From Felis catus (lineage: Eukaryota): 64,000 bases of DNA. The stretch lies in NCBI RefSeq assembly GCF_018350175.1, contig NC_058368.1:22880001-22944000 (forward strand), in the 5' to 3' direction. Below are positions 25,688 to 38,464 of this stretch, piece by piece; position 1 is the first letter of the stretch, and each line of letters begins with the position of its first letter. The notes under the pieces were generated by a model. It was given only the letters and a program-made list of their open reading frames with translations. It searched no databases and was not told the origin of the DNA. The translations under genes and the position numbers were made by a program.

Positions 25688-28600
25688 ATGACTCTAAACC
25701 CATATCTTTCTATAATAACACTGAATGTAAATGGATTAAATGTGCCAACCAAAAGACACAGGGTATCAGAATGGATAAAAAAACAAGACCCATCTATTTG
25801 CTGTCTACAAGAGACTCATTTTAGACCTGAGGACACCTTTAGATTGAGAGTGAGGGGATGGAGAACTATTTATCATGCTACTGGAAGCCAAAAGAAAGCT
25901 GGAGTAGCCATACTTATATCAGACAAACTAGACTTTAAATTAAAGGCTGTAACAAGAGATGAAGAAGGACATTATATAATAGTTACAGGGTCTATCCATC
26001 AGGAAGAGCTAACAATTATAAATGTCTATGCGCCGAATACCGGAGCCCCCAAATATATAAGACAATTACTCATAAACATAAGCAACCTTATTGATAAGAA
26101 TGTGGTAATTGCAGGGGACTTTAACACCCCACTTACAGAAATGGACAGATCATCTAGACACACGGTCAATAAAGAAACAAGGGCCCTGAATGAGACATTG
26201 GATCGGATGGACTTGACAGATATATTTAGAACTCTGCATCCCAAAGCAACAGAATATACTTTCTTCTCGAGTGCACATGGAACATTCTCCAAGATAGATC
26301 ATATACTGGGTCACAAAACAGCCCTTCATAAGTTTACAAGAATTGAAATTATACCATGCATACTTTCAGACCACAATGCTATGAAGCTTGAAATCAACCA
26401 CAGGAAAAAGTCTGGAAAACCTCCAAAGGCATGGAGGTTAAAGAACACCCTACTAACGAATGAGTGGGTCAACCAGGCAATTAGAGAAGAAATTAAAAAA
26501 TATATGGAAACAAACAAAAATGAAAATACAACAATCCAAACGCTTTGGGACGCAGCGAAGGCAGTCCTGAGAGGAAAATACATTGCAATCCAGGCCTATC
26601 TCAAGAAACAAGAAAAATCCCAAATACAAAATCTAACAGCACACCTAAAGGAACTAGAAGCAGAACAGCAAAGGCAGCCTAAACCCAGCAGAAGAAGAGA
26701 AATAATAAAGATCAGAGCAGAAATAAACAATATAGAATCTAAAAAAACTGTAGAGCAGATCAACGAAACCAAGAGTTGGTTTTTTGAAAAAATAAACAAA
26801 ATTGACAAACCTCTAGCCAGGCTTCTCAAAAAGAAAAGGGAAATGACCCAAATAGATAAAATCATGAATGAAAATGGAATTATTACAACCAATCCCTCAG
26901 AGATACAAACAATTATCAGGGAATACTATGAACAATTATATGCCAACAAATTGGACAACCTGGAAGAAATGGACAAATTCCTGAACACCCACACTCTTCC
27001 AAAACTCAACCAGGAGGAAATAGAAAGCTTGAACAGACCCATAACCAGCGAAGACATTGAATCGGTTATCAAAAATCTCCCAACAAATAAGAGTCCAGGA
27101 CCAGATGGCTTCCCAGGGGAGTTCTACCAGACGTTTAAAGCAGAGATAATACCTATCCTTCTCAAGCTATTCCAAGAAATAGAAAGGGAAGGAAAACTTC
27201 CAGACTCATTCTATGAAGCCAGTATTACTTTGATTCCTAAACCAGACAGAGACCCAGTAAAAAAAGAGAACTACAGGCCAATATCCCTGATGAATATGGA
27301 TGCAAAAATTCTCAATAAGATACTAGCAAATCGAATTCAACGGCATATAAAAAGAATTATTCACCATGATCAAGTGGGATTCATTCCTGGGATGCAGGGC
27401 CGGTTCAACATTCGCAAATCAATCAACGTGATATGTCACATTAACAAAAAAAAAGAGAAGAACCATATGATCCTGTCAATCGATGCAGAAAAGGCCTTTG
27501 ACAAAATCCAGCACCCTTTCTTAATAAAAGCCCTTGAGAAAGTCGGGATAGAAGGAACATACTTAAAGATCATAAAAGCCATTTATGAAAAGCCCACAGC
27601 TAACATCATCCTCAACGGGGAAAAACTGAGAGCTTTTTCCCTGAGATCAGGAACACGACAAGGATGCCCACTCTCACCGCTGTTGTTTAACATAGTGCTG
27701 GAAGTTCTAGCATCAGCAATCAGACAACAAAAGGAAATCAAAGGCATCAAAATTGGCAAAGATGAAGTCAAGCTTTCGCTTTTTGCAGATGACATGATAT
27801 TATACATGGAAAATCAGATAGACTCCACCAAAAGTCTACTAGAACTGATACATGAATTCAGCAAAGTTGCAGGATACAAAATCAATGTACAGAAATCAGT
27901 TGCATTCTTATACACTAACAATGAAGCAACAGAAAGACAAATAAAGAAACTGATCCCATTCACAATTGCACCAAGAAGCATAAAATACCTAGGAATAAAT
28001 CTAACCAAAGATGTAAAGGATCTGTATGCTGAAAACTATAGAAAGCTTATGAAGGAAATTGAAGAAGATTTAAAGAAATGGAAAGACATTCCCTGCTCAT
28101 GGATTGGAAAAATAAATATTGTCAAAATGTCAATACTACCCAAAGCTATCTACACATTCAATGCAATCCCAATCAAAATTGCACCAGCATTCTTCTCGAA
28201 ACTAGAACAAGCAATCCTAAAATTCATATGGAACCACAAAAGGCCCCGAATAGCCAAAGGAATTTTGAAGAAGAAGACCAAAGCAGGAGGCATCACAATC
28301 CCAGACTTTAGCCTCTACTACAAAGCTGTCATCATCAAGACAGCATGGTATTGGCACAAAAACAGACACATAGACCAATGGAATAGAATAGAAACCCCAG
28401 AACTAGACCCACAAACGTATGGCCAACTCATCTTTGACAAAGCAGGAAAGAACATCCAATGGAAAAAAGACAGCCTCTTTAACAAATGGTGCTGGAAGAA
28501 CTGGACAGCAACATGCAGAAGGTTGAAACTAGACCACTTTCTCACACCACTCACAAAAATAAACTCAAAATGGATAAAGGACCTAAATGTGAGACAGGAA

Positions 28601-29755
28601 ACCATCAAAACCTTAGAGGAGAAAGCAGGAAAAGACCTCTCTGACCTCAGCCGTAGCAATCTCTTACTCGACACATCCCCAAAGGCAAGGGAATTAAAAG
28701 CAAAAGTGAATTACTGGGACCTTATGAAGATAAAAAGCTTCTGCACAGCAAAGGAAACAACCAACAAAACTAAAAGGCAACCAACGGAATGGGAAAAGAT
28801 ATTCGCAAATGACATATCGGACAAAGGGCTAGTATCCAAAATCTATAAAGAGCTCACCAAACTCCACACCCGAAAAACAAATAACCCAGTGAAGAAATGG
28901 GCAGAAAACATGAATAGACACTTCTCTAAAGAAGACATCCGGATGGCCAAGAGGCACATGAAAAGATGTTCAGCGTCGCTCCTTATCAGGGAAATACAAA
29001 TCAAAACCACACTCAGGTATCACCTCACGCCAGTCAGAGTGGCCAAAATGAACAAATCAGGAGACTATAGATGCTGGAGAGGATGTGGAGAAACGGGAAC
29101 CCTCTTGCACTGTTGGTGGGAATGCAAATTGGTGCAGCCGCTCTGGAAAGCAGTGTGGAGGTTCCTCAGAAAATTAAAAATAGACCTACCCTATGACCCA
29201 GCAATAGCACTGCTAGGAATTTATCCAAGGGATACAGGAGTACTGATGCATAGGGCCACTTGTACCCCAATGTTCATAGCAGCACTCTCAACAATAGCCA
29301 AATTATGGAAAGAGCCTAAATGTCCATCAACTGATGAATGGATAAAGAAATTGTGGTTTATATACACAATGGAGTACTACGTGGCAATGAGAAAAAATGA
29401 AATATGGCCTTTTGTAGCAACGTGGATGGAACTGGAGAGTGTGATGCTAAGTGAAATAAGTCATACAGATGGGGTGCCTGGGTGGCGCAGTCGGTTAAGC
29501 GTCCGACTTCAGCCAGGTCACGATCTCACAGTCCGTGAGTTCGAGCCCCGCGTCAGGCTCTGGGCTGATGGCTCAGAGCCTGGAGCCTGTTTCCGATTCT
29601 GTGCCTCCCTCTCTCTCTGCCCCTCCCCCATTCATGCTCTGTCTCTCTCTGTCCCAAAAATAAATAAAAACGTTGAAAAAAAAATTAAAAAAAAAAAAAT
29701 AAGTCATACAGAGAAAGACAGATACCATATGGTTTCACTCTTATGTGGACCCTGA
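25688..29755 (+). CDS. L1 ORF2p (endonuclease, reverse transcriptase, CCHC domain), 1355 aa including an 81-aa in-frame SINE-derived insert
   Basis: Open frame from ATG 25688; motifs [37 protein letters not shown] and [18 protein letters not shown] all present. Confidence 0.93.
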   Translation: MTLNPYLSIITLNVNGLNVPTKRHRVSEWIKKQDPSICCLQETHFRPEDTFRLRVRGWRTIYHATGSQKKAGVAILISDKLDFKLKAVTRDEEGHYIIVTGSIHQEELTIINVYAPNTGAPKYIRQLLINISNLIDKNVVIAGDFNTPLTEMDRSSRHTVNKETRALNETLDRMDLTDIFRTLHPKATEYTFFSSAHGTFSKIDHILGHKTALHKFTRIEIIPCILSDHNAMKLEINHRKKSGKPPKAWRLKNTLLTNEWVNQAIREEIKKYMETNKNENTTIQTLWDAAKAVLRGKYIAIQAYLKKQEKSQIQNLTAHLKELEAEQQRQPKPSRRREIIKIRAEINNIESKKTVEQINETKSWFFEKINKIDKPLARLLKKKREMTQIDKIMNENGIITTNPSEIQTIIREYYEQLYANKLDNLEEMDKFLNTHTLPKLNQEEIESLNRPITSEDIESVIKNLPTNKSPGPDGFPGEFYQTFKAEIIPILLKLFQEIEREGKLPDSFYEASITLIPKPDRDPVKKENYRPISLMNMDAKILNKILANRIQRHIKRIIHHDQVGFIPGMQGRFNIRKSINVICHINKKKEKNHMILSIDAEKAFDKIQHPFLIKALEKVGIEGTYLKIIKAIYEKPTANIILNGEKLRAFSLRSGTRQGCPLSPLLFNIVLEVLASAIRQQKEIKGIKIGKDEVKLSLFADDMILYMENQIDSTKSLLELIHEFSKVAGYKINVQKSVAFLYTNNEATERQIKKLIPFTIAPRSIKYLGINLTKDVKDLYAENYRKLMKEIEEDLKKWKDIPCSWIGKINIVKMSILPKAIYTFNAIPIKIAPAFFSKLEQAILKFIWNHKRPRIAKGILKKKTKAGGITIPDFSLYYKAVIIKTAWYWHKNRHIDQWNRIETPELDPQTYGQLIFDKAGKNIQWKKDSLFNKWCWKNWTATCRRLKLDHFLTPLTKINSKWIKDLNVRQETIKTLEEKAGKDLSDLSRSNLLLDTSPKARELKAKVNYWDLMKIKSFCTAKETTNKTKRQPTEWEKIFANDISDKGLVSKIYKELTKLHTRKTNNPVKKWAENMNRHFSKEDIRMAKRHMKRCSASLLIREIQIKTTLRYHLTPVRVAKMNKSGDYRCWRGCGETGTLLHCWWECKLVQPLWKAVWRFLRKLKIDLPYDPAIALLGIYPRDTGVLMHRATCTPMFIAALSTIAKLWKEPKCPSTDEWIKKLWFIYTMEYYVAMRKNEIWPFVATWMELESVMLSEISHTDGVPGWRSRLSVRLQPGHDLTVREFEPRVRLWADGSEPGACFRFCASLSLCPSPIHALSLSVPKINKNVEKKIKKKKISHTEKDRYHMVSLLCGP
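29470..29696 (+). mobile_element. Young felid SINE inserted in frame within L1 ORF2
   Basis: Perfect 16-bp TSD aaataagtcatacaga at 29454-29469 and 29697-29712; net insertion 243 bp. Confidence 0.97.
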
Positions 29756-30448
29756 GAAATTAACAGGAACCCATGGGGGAGGGGAAGGAAAAAAAAAAAC
29801 AAGTTAGAGTGGGAGAGAGCCAAAGCATAAGAGACTCTCAAAAACTGAGAACAAACTGAGGGTTGATGGGGGGTGGGAGGGAGGAGAGGGTGGGTGATGG
29901 GTATTGAGGAGGGCACCTTTTGGGATGAGCACTGGGTGCTGTATGGAAACCAATTTGTCAATAAATTTCATATTAAAAAAAAAAAAAGAAATGGGCAGAA
30001 AACATGAATAGGCACTTCTCCAAAGAAGACATCCAGATGGCTAACAGACACATGAAAAGATGCTCAACATCATTCATCATCACGGAAATGCGTATCAAAA
30101 CCACATTAAGATACCATTTCACACCAGTGAGAGTGGCTAACATTAACAACTCAGGAAACGACAGATGTTGGCAAGGATGTGGACAAAGGGGAATCCTCTT
30201 GCACTGTTGGTGGGAATGCAAACTGGTGCAGCCACTCTGAAAAACAGTATGTAGTTCCTCAAAAAGTTAAAAACAGAAATACCCCACAACCCAGCAATTG
30301 CACTGTTAGGTATTTACCCAAAGGATACAAAATAGATTCAAAGGGATACATGCACCCAAATGTTCCCAGCAGCATTATCAACAATAGCCAAACTATGGAG
30401 ATAACCCAATGTCCATCTACTGATGAATGGATACAGAAGATGTGGTAT

Positions 30449-30453
30449 ACACA

Positions 30454-30498
<45 letters not shown>
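30449..30498. repeat. (CA)n microsatellite within L1
   Basis: Dinucleotide run with one interruption. Confidence 0.95.
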
Positions 30499-30501
<3 letters not shown>

Positions 30502-30643
30502 TGCACATATACATAGGAATATTACACAGCCATCAAAAAGATTGAAATATTGCCATTTGTAGCAGTATGAATGGAGCTAGAATGTATTATGCATATGGGA
30601 ATGGGAGGATAGAAGAGAGTGAAACAAACCACAGCAGTCTCTT

Positions 30644-31300
30644 ATTTTTTTTATTGACAATGCTTTATTTTTTTTTAGTTTAAATGCAAGTTAGTTAGCC
30701 TACAGCATAGTATCGGTATCAGGAGTAGAACCCAGAGTTTCATCACTTACATGAAACACCCAGGTCTCATCCCAACAAGCACCCTCCTTAATGCCCATCA
30801 CCCGTTTAGCTCATCCCCCCATTCACCTACCCTCCAGCAACCCTCAGTTTGTTCTCTACATTTAAGAGTCTCTTATAGTTTGTCTCCCTCTGTTTTCATC
30901 TTATCTTTCCATCCCTTTCCTTATGTTCATTTGTTGTGTTTCTTAAATTCTACCTATGAGTGAAATCATGTGATGTTTGTCTTTGACTTATTTTGCTTAG
31001 CATTAATACATTCTGGTTCCATCCACACTGTTGCAAATGGCAAGATTTCATTCCTTTTCATCACCGAGTAATATCCTGTGTATAAATACACCACATCTTT
31101 ATCCATTCGTCAGTTGATGGACATTTGGGCTCTTTCCATAATTTAGCTATTGTTGATAGCGCTGCTATAAACATTGGGGTTCAGATCAGCTTTTTTGTGT
31201 TGTTTGGATAAATACCTAATAGTGCAATTGCTGGCTCATAGGGTAGTTGTATTTTTAATCTTCTGAGGAACCTTCATACTGTCTCCCAGAGTGGCTGCAC
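30644..31300 (-). mobile_element. 5'-truncated carnivore L1 3' end, inverted relative to host (sense to RB1)
   Basis: T tail then reverse-complement 3'UTR and ORF2 end; flanked by degenerate caaaccac...ctctta repeats. Confidence 0.9.
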
Positions 31301-31564
31301 CAAACCACCAGAGACTCTTAATCACAGAGAACAGGATTGACAGAGGAAGGTATAGGAGACAAACTAGATGGGTAATGGGTACTAAGGAGGTCACTTCTTG
31401 TGATTATCACTGGATGTATGGAAGCAATAAATCACTGAATTCTACTTCTGAAACCAATACTGCACTGTATGTGAACTAACAAAAATTTAAATAAAAAAAG
31501 AGTGAAACAAAATAAGCTTTCTAAAACCAAGCTTAATTATACCTTTCTTTGAAATATGAACACT

Positions 31565-31959
31565 GGAGCACCTGGGTAAGCATCTGACTCTCGATTTCAG
31601 CTCAGATCATGATTTCATGGTAGGTCGCAAGATGGAGTCCTGCATTGGGCTCACACTGGGCATGCAGACTTCTTAAGATTCTCTCCTGAGGTGCCTGGGT
31701 GGCTCAGTCTGTTGAGCATCTGCCTCTTAATTTCAGCTCAGATCAGGATCTCATGGTTTGTGAGATATAGCCCCACCTTAGGCTCTGCACTGACAATGTG
31801 GAGCCTGCTTGGGATTCTCGTTCTCTACCCCTTCCCTGATCATGCTGTCTTTCCCTCTTTCTCACAATAAATAAACATTAAAAAAAAAAAAAACTCTCTC
31901 CCTCTGCCCCTCCCCTATTCACTCACTTTCTACCCTCACCTCTAAAAAATAAATAAATA
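31565..31959 (+). mobile_element. Nested SINE pair: older SINE interrupted by a second SINE (about 31688-31892)
   Basis: Two heads and two A tails; outer TSD aaatatgaacactg at 31552-31565 and 31960-31973. Confidence 0.88.
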
Positions 31960-32087
31960 AAATATGAACACTGTCATTCAAAAATTTCACATTCTATAAA
32001 ATCAATAATTCTTTGGGAAAGAAAACAGCACACATATGTTAGAAACAATAACAAAGAAGCCTCTCCTGTCATAAAGTCATTGTTGCC

Positions 32088-33667
32088 TGGCACAAAAACA
32101 AACACTCAGATCAGTGGAACAGAACAGAAAACCCAGAAATGGACCCACAAACGTATGGCCAACTAATCTTTGGCAAAGTAGGAAATAATACAATGGAATA
32201 AAGACAGTCTCTTCAGCAAGTGGTGCTGGGAAAACTGGACAGTGACATGCAGAAAAATGAACCTGGACCACTTTCTTACACCATACACAAAAATAAACTC
32301 AAAATGGATGAAAGACCTCAATGTAAGACAGGAAGCCATCAAAATCCTCGAGGAGAAAGCAGGCAAAAACCTCTATGATCTTGGCCACAGCAACTTCTTA
32401 CTCAACAGGTTTCCAGATGCAAGGGAATCCAAAGCAAAAATGAACTATTGGGACCTCATCAAAATAAAAAGCTTCTGTACATTGAAGGAAACAATCAGCA
32501 AAACTAAAAGGCAACCAACAGAATGGAAGAAGATATTTGCAAAAGACGTATCAGATAAAGGGTTAGTATCCAAAATCTATAAAGAACTTATCAAACTCAA
32601 CACCCAAAAAACGGGCAAAAAACATGAATAGATACTTCTCCAAAGAAGACATTCAGATAGCCAACCGACACATGAAAAAATGCTCAACATCACTCAGCAT
32701 CAGGGAAATACAAATCAAAACCGCAACGAGATACCACCTCACCCCTGTCAGGATGGCTAACATTAACAACTCAGGCAACAACAGATGCTGGTGAGGATGA
32801 AGAGAAAGGATCTCTTGTGCACTGCTGATGAGAATGCAAACTGGTACAGTCACTGTGGAGAACAGTATGGAGGTTCCTCAAAAAATTAAAAATAGAACTA
32901 CCCTATGACCCAACCATTGCACTACTAGGTATTTATCCAACGGATACAGGTATGCTGTTTCGAAGGGACACATGCACCCCAATGTTTACAGCAGCACTAT
33001 CAATAGCCAAGAAAGAGCCCAAATGTCCATCAATGGATGAATGGATAAAGAAAATGTGGTATATATACACAATGGAGTATTACTTGTTAATCAAAAAGAA
33101 TGAAATCTTGCCATTTGCAACTACGTGGATGGAACTGGAAGGTATTATGCTAAGCAAAATTAGTCAGAGAAAGACAAATACCATATGACTTCACTCATAT
33201 GAGGGTTTAAGATACAAAACAGATGAACATAAGGGAATGGAAGCAAAAATAATATAAAAACAGGGAGGGGGACAAAACCTAAGAGACTTACATATGGAGT
33301 ACAAACAGAGAGTTACTGGAGGGGTTGTGCAAGGAGGGGATGGGCTAAATGGGTAAGGGGCATTAAGGAATCTACTCCTGAAATCATTGTTGCACTATAT
33401 GATAAGTAATTTTTTTTTCAACGTTTATTTTTGGGACAGAGAGAGACAGAGCATGAATGGGGGAGGGGCAGAGAGAGAGGGAGACAAAGAATCGGAAACA
33501 GGCTCCAGGCTCTGAGCCATCAGCCCAGAGCCCGACGCGGGGCTCGAACTCACGGACCGCGAGATTGTGACCTGGCTGAAGTCGGACGCTCAACCGACTG
33601 CGCCACCCAGGCGCCCCTATGATAAGTAATTTGAATGTAAATTTAAAAAATTAATTAATTAAAAAAA
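32088..33667 (+). mobile_element. 5'-truncated felid/carnivore L1
   Basis: ORF2 C-terminal fragments plus 3'UTR; 17-bp TSD ataaagtca(t/c)tgttgcc at 32071-32087 and 33668-33684. Confidence 0.94.
33413..33617 (-). mobile_element. Young felid SINE inserted in L1 3'UTR
   Basis: TSD tatgataagtaattt at 33398-33412 and 33618-33632; CpGs intact. Confidence 0.95.
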
Positions 33668-34025
33668 ATAAAGTCACTGTTGCCAAAACATTCACTTAAA
33701 TGCCTACAACTTCTAAGATTTTACTTACAGAAGATGTCATTCATTATAAAAATAAAGAAACCTGAACTAATAAAGACATAAACTCAAAGAAGAACTTAGT
33801 GATCCTCAAAACATGCTCTTAAGGTAAGCAATTTGCAATCTAGATAGGAAAAAATGCAGTTAGGCTGTTAAGCTTCATTTAATGTTAAACTTTACATTGA
33901 GCTCCAGAGAATGCCCGAGGTAGAATATTCTGCCAAACTAAAATATTGTAAAATAAAAAAAGAGCTCCTACATACTCAAAATGTTAGAGGAAATATTCAA
34001 AATGAATTTGAGAAGATAGATTATT

Positions 34026-34290
34026 GGGGGAAAACGAGAGACGGGTGGGGGGGGGGGAGAGAGAGAGAGAAGCAAACCAGACGAGTCTCAACTATAGAGA
34101 ACAAAAAGGGTAGCTGGAGTGGTGCTGGGTGATGGGATGGGCTAAATGGGTGATGGGCATTAAGGAAGGCACTTGAGATGAGCACTGGGTGTTAATGTCA
34201 GAGATGAATCACTAAATTCTACACATGCAACCAATTTTACCAGATATGCTAACTAACTAGAATTTAAATAAAAACTTGAAATAAAAATAA
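34026..34290 (+). mobile_element. Carnivore L1 3'UTR fragment
   Basis: gggctaaatgggtgatgggcattaaggaaggcacttg...gatgaatcactaaattctac, A tail. Confidence 0.85.
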
Positions 34291-34297
34291 GAGAACA

Positions 34298-34477
34298 GGG
34301 ACGCCTGGGTGGCTCAGTTGGTTAAGCGTCTGACTTCAGCTCAGGTCACAATCTCCCGGTTCGTGGGTTCGAGTCCCTCACTGGCCTCTCTACTGTCACC
34401 ACAGAGCCCACTTCATATCCTCTGTCCCCCTCTGTCTGTCCCTCCCGTCCCCCTCTCAAAAATAAACATTTTTAAAA
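34298..34477 (+). mobile_element. Carnivore/felid SINE
   Basis: Head gggacgcctgggtggctcag, CT tract, aaaataaacatt. Confidence 0.9.
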
Positions 34478-34761
34478 ACAGAACAAAGAGATTATCATTC
34501 TTTTAACTTCTATCATTATTTCTTTTAAAAGTTCTAAGTAACTGAGTAGCTATTTTTGGGAAATATTCTTGTGCTACAGATAATCCACATATAAAAGCAA
34601 CTTCAAGCAATTTGGATAAACAAAATCAGTTCTGAGCCAACACAATTATGAATATGATGACAAAATACTTTGTTAATTCATGGGGGGCATATAAGCAAGA
34701 AGATGACAACAGAGTATGACAAAGCCACAGGCAGGTCACGGTATTAAATGTTAACCATACA

Positions 34762-34978
34762 GGGGCGCCTGGGTGGCTCAGTCGGTTAAGCGTCCGACTT
34801 CAGCTCGGGTCACGATCTCGCGATCCATGAGTTCGAGCCCCGCATCAGGCTCTGGGCTGATGGCTCAGAGCCTGGAGCCTGCTTCCGATTCTGTGTCTCC
34901 CTCTCTCTCTGCCCCTCTCCCGTTCATGCTCTGTCTCTGTCTCAAAAATAAATAAATGTTAAAAAAAAAATTAAAAAA
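34762..34978 (+). mobile_element. Young felid SINE
   Basis: Perfect TSD aaatgttaaccataca at 34746-34761 and 34979-34994. Confidence 0.96.
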
Positions 34979-35151
34979 AAATGTTAACCATACAGCGCAC
35001 AGAGTTATTGGAATATGGCAAATTGTAATAATTCTCTTGGCCTTATCCAATTTCCATGGATGAGCATTTCTGTGAATCCTAACCTTTATTTAAATTTAAA
35101 TAAGGAGTGAAGAAGCAAGCAAGCAACGTACACATTAGTTTTCATTATTTC

Positions 35152-35378
35152 TTTTTTTTTTTTAATTTTTTTTAACGTTTATTTACTTTTGAGACAGAGA
35201 GAGACAGAGCATGAATGGGGGAGGGTCAGAGACAGAGAGGGAGACACAGAATCTGAAACAGGCTCCAGGCTCTGAGCTGTCAGCACAGAGCCCAACACGG
35301 GGCTCGAACTCACGAGCTGTGAGATCATGACCTGAGCTGAAGTCGGACGCTCAACCCACTAAGCCACCCAGGCACCCC
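35152..35378 (-). mobile_element. Felid SINE
   Basis: Perfect TSD agttttcattatttc at 35137-35151 and 35379-35393. Confidence 0.96.
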
Positions 35379-35848
35379 AGTTTTCATTATTTCATTCTGT
35401 CTCTAGTTTTTGCACAGCAAGGGCCCTTCAGATGTCAAACTCAGGTCTATAGGAATTGGGAACTGCAATACACACAAGTTCAGACAAGAAATGTAAGTAA
35501 AAATGGGCTGAAAACAGGATAAAAAAGACTATAGAGATATGGTAAATGTTAAATCCTAATACCACATTCAAAGAAAAGATCTTAAAAGCAGTCAGAAAGA
35601 AAATATACACTAACTATAATGAAACAACAGTCAGATTCACAGATTTCTTAAACAGTAATCAGGAGAGCCAGGAAATAGCAAAATAGTATCTACAAACTTC
35701 TAAGAGAAAGTAAATATCTAGAATTGAAGATTCAGCTAAACTACTTGACAAAAAGTAAGACTAAAGAAATTTTAATAAAGAAAACACAAACCTTTTAAGT
35801 TCATCCCAAACTGACACTCACTGAGGAAATTATTTAAATATGTATTTG

Positions 35849-37228
35849 ACACATAGATCAATGGAAGAGAGTAAAGAACCCAGAAATGGACCCACAAATG
35901 TACGGTCAACGCATCTTCAGCAAAGCAGAAAAGAATATCCAATGGAAAAAAGTTCTTCAGCAAATGGTGTTGGGAAAACTGGACAGTGACATGCAGAAAA
36001 ATAAACCTGAACCATTTTCTCACATTATACACAAAAATAAACTCAAAATGGATGAAAAACCTATGTGTAAGACAGAAAACCATCAAAATCCTACAGGAGA
36101 AAACAGACAACAACCTTTTGACCTTGGCCATAGCAACTTCTTACTTGACTCCAAAGGCAAGGGAAACAAAAGCAAAAATGAGCTATGGGGATCTTATCAA
36201 GATAAAAAACTTCTGCACAGTGAAGGAAACAATCAACAAAACTAAAAGGCAACTGATAGAATGAGAGAAGATACTTGCAAATGACATATCAGATAAAGGG
36301 TTAGTATCCAAAATCTATTAAAAAAATCAAACTCAACACCCACAAAACAAATAATCCAGTTAACCAAGAGGCAAAAGACATGAATAGACACTTCTCCAAA
36401 GAAGACATCCAGATGGCTAACAGACACATGAAAAGATGCTCGACATGACTCAGCATCAGGGAAATACAAATCAAAACCATAATGAGATACCACCTCACAC
36501 CTGTCAGAATGGCTAACAACTCAGGCAACGACAGATGTTGGTGAGGATGTAGAGAAAGGGGAACACTTCTGCACTGTTGGTGGGAATGCAAACTGGCATA
36601 GCCACTGTAGAGAACAGTATGGAGGTTCCTCAAAAAATTAAAAATAGAGTTACTCTACAATCCAGCAATTGTACTACTAGCTATTTATCCAAAGGATACA
36701 AAAATGCTGATTCAAAGGGGCACGTGCACCCCAATGTTTATAGCAGCACTATCAAATAGCCAAAGTATGGGGAGAGCCCAGATGTCCATTGACTGATGAA
36801 TAAAGAAGATGTAAATAAAATCATACATACAATGGAACACTACTTGGCAATCAAGAAGAATGACACTTTCCAGTTGCAACAGAACTAGAATGTATTATGG
36901 TAAGTGAAAGAAGTAAGCCAGAGAAAGATAAATATCATATGATTTCACTCATATGTGGAATTTAAGAAACACAACAGATGAACATAGGGGAAGGGGAGAA
37001 AAAATAAAAACAGAGAGGGAGACAAGTCATAAGAGACTCTTAAATACAGAACAAACTGAGGGTTGCTGGAGGGAAGGGGGGATGGGCTAAATGGGTGATG
37101 GTTATTAAGAAGGCATTTATTGGGATGAGTACTGGATGTTATATACGTAAGTGATGAATCACTAAATTTTACTACTGAAATTATTATATGTTAACTAACT
37201 TGGATTTAAACAAAATAAAACAAAAAAA
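35849..37228 (+). mobile_element. 5'-truncated carnivore L1 (ORF2 end plus 3'UTR) within an older L1 ORF1-like relic
   Basis: Decayed ORF2 fragments, 3'UTR, A tail; possible short TSD aaatatgta. Confidence 0.9.
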
Positions 37229-37502
37229 TATGTACCTGAAGAAGAAAGAAAATGAAATCAGAAATGAAGTCTAAGTTGCAAGAAAGAATTTGTCAACAAG
37301 CAAGGCAAAGATTAAACGTGAAAAAATCCAAAAATAGCACTAAGTGAAACAGTACTACCAACATCTAATTTGGAGGTTTCAAAAAAGCAAGAAATAAGAT
37401 AACAGACAAGGGCATGTTGGTTGGGAGATGTTTAAAAAAATATTCAGTATTTTTAATAATTTTTCTAATTTTAAATTTCTTTATCAAAATAACAAAGTTT
37501 CA

Positions 37503-37628
<126 letters not shown>

Positions 37629-38464
37629 TTAAGCAATGAAGGAAAGCAAATAAATAAAATGTATCTATTTATCTATTTCACAAGTTAAATCTTCAAACTC
37701 ACTATTTCTTGTTTATATTTAAGAAGTTCTCTGAAATAAGACTTTACAAAGCCCTTAGTGTACTGTTATTTACAAGGACTTACATTTACTTAAACCTTTA
37801 GGAAAGAACATGTTCATAATCACTAAGATCATAATTAAAAACACTGATATGTTTATTTACGAATAAAACTACATTTCAGTACACAATTAATTGGCAAAAC
37901 TAATGATATTTTAGGAAAAGCACATATAAACTGCTATCAAAATGGTAATTTAAGAAAACATTACAATTAAAGTTTTTCAAATACAGTAGCATATACCCTA
38001 ACTCAAATGAAAAAACACATGACTTTACAAAGATTTTCAAGATGAAACAAACATTTTAGAAGTCATCACTGTTAAAGCATAAAATTGGGTCAGTCCCTTA
38101 AGATTTCTTTAATGCTATAATTATGTGTGTGTGTGTTGTACAGTAAATACTAATGTTCCAATTTTGGAATGGTAGCACATTGCTACTATAGGTACTGTTT
38201 AATAGTGCAAAGAACTATAGAATGTTTATGGCTGAAAGGTTCCTTAAATATTGTTCAGTGAACATGTTCAGTGAGAATTTTCTTCCTCTTTTTTGTAACC
38301 TCAGTAAGAATTACTCAGTTTGGAAAAAGAACTTGTCTTTATATCTTCTAAACTCTTTTGGTGAAAGTTTTCTTTTAGGAAAAAACATGTCAAACATCCC
38401 TGGTTTTTCTTTGAATCATCTTTGTTATTATACCAAACTATTTTTTTTATAAATACTTAACATT

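Larger units (their letters stand above)
23812..29985 (+). mobile_element. Full-length young felid LINE-1 (L1_Fc-like), antisense to RB1 in intron 12
   Basis: CpG-rich 5'UTR, ORF1, ORF2, 3'UTR, poly(A); perfect TSD aagaaatgggcaga at 23798-23811 and 29986-29999, at a TT/AAGA endonuclease site. Confidence 0.98.
30000..31500 (+). mobile_element. Host L1, right part: ORF2 end and 3'UTR, interrupted at 30644-31300
   Basis: [16 protein letters not shown] continues the left part; 3'UTR resumes at 31301 and ends in an A tail near 31500. Confidence 0.9.

Noticed and set aside
25601..25690. The ORF2 frame is open upstream of its ATG and overlaps the ORF1 stop (GTGA), suggesting a GTG start or a -1 frameshift fusion
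   Set aside because: No clear slippery heptamer is visible. L1 ORF2 is known to be translated by termination/reinitiation, and the ATG at 25688 gives the normal ORF2p N-terminus.
26026..28674. Hydrophobic minus-strand ORFs opposite L1 ORF2
   Set aside because: Antisense shadows of A-rich L1 coding sequence; similar ones recur opposite other L1 copies (e.g. 450-806).
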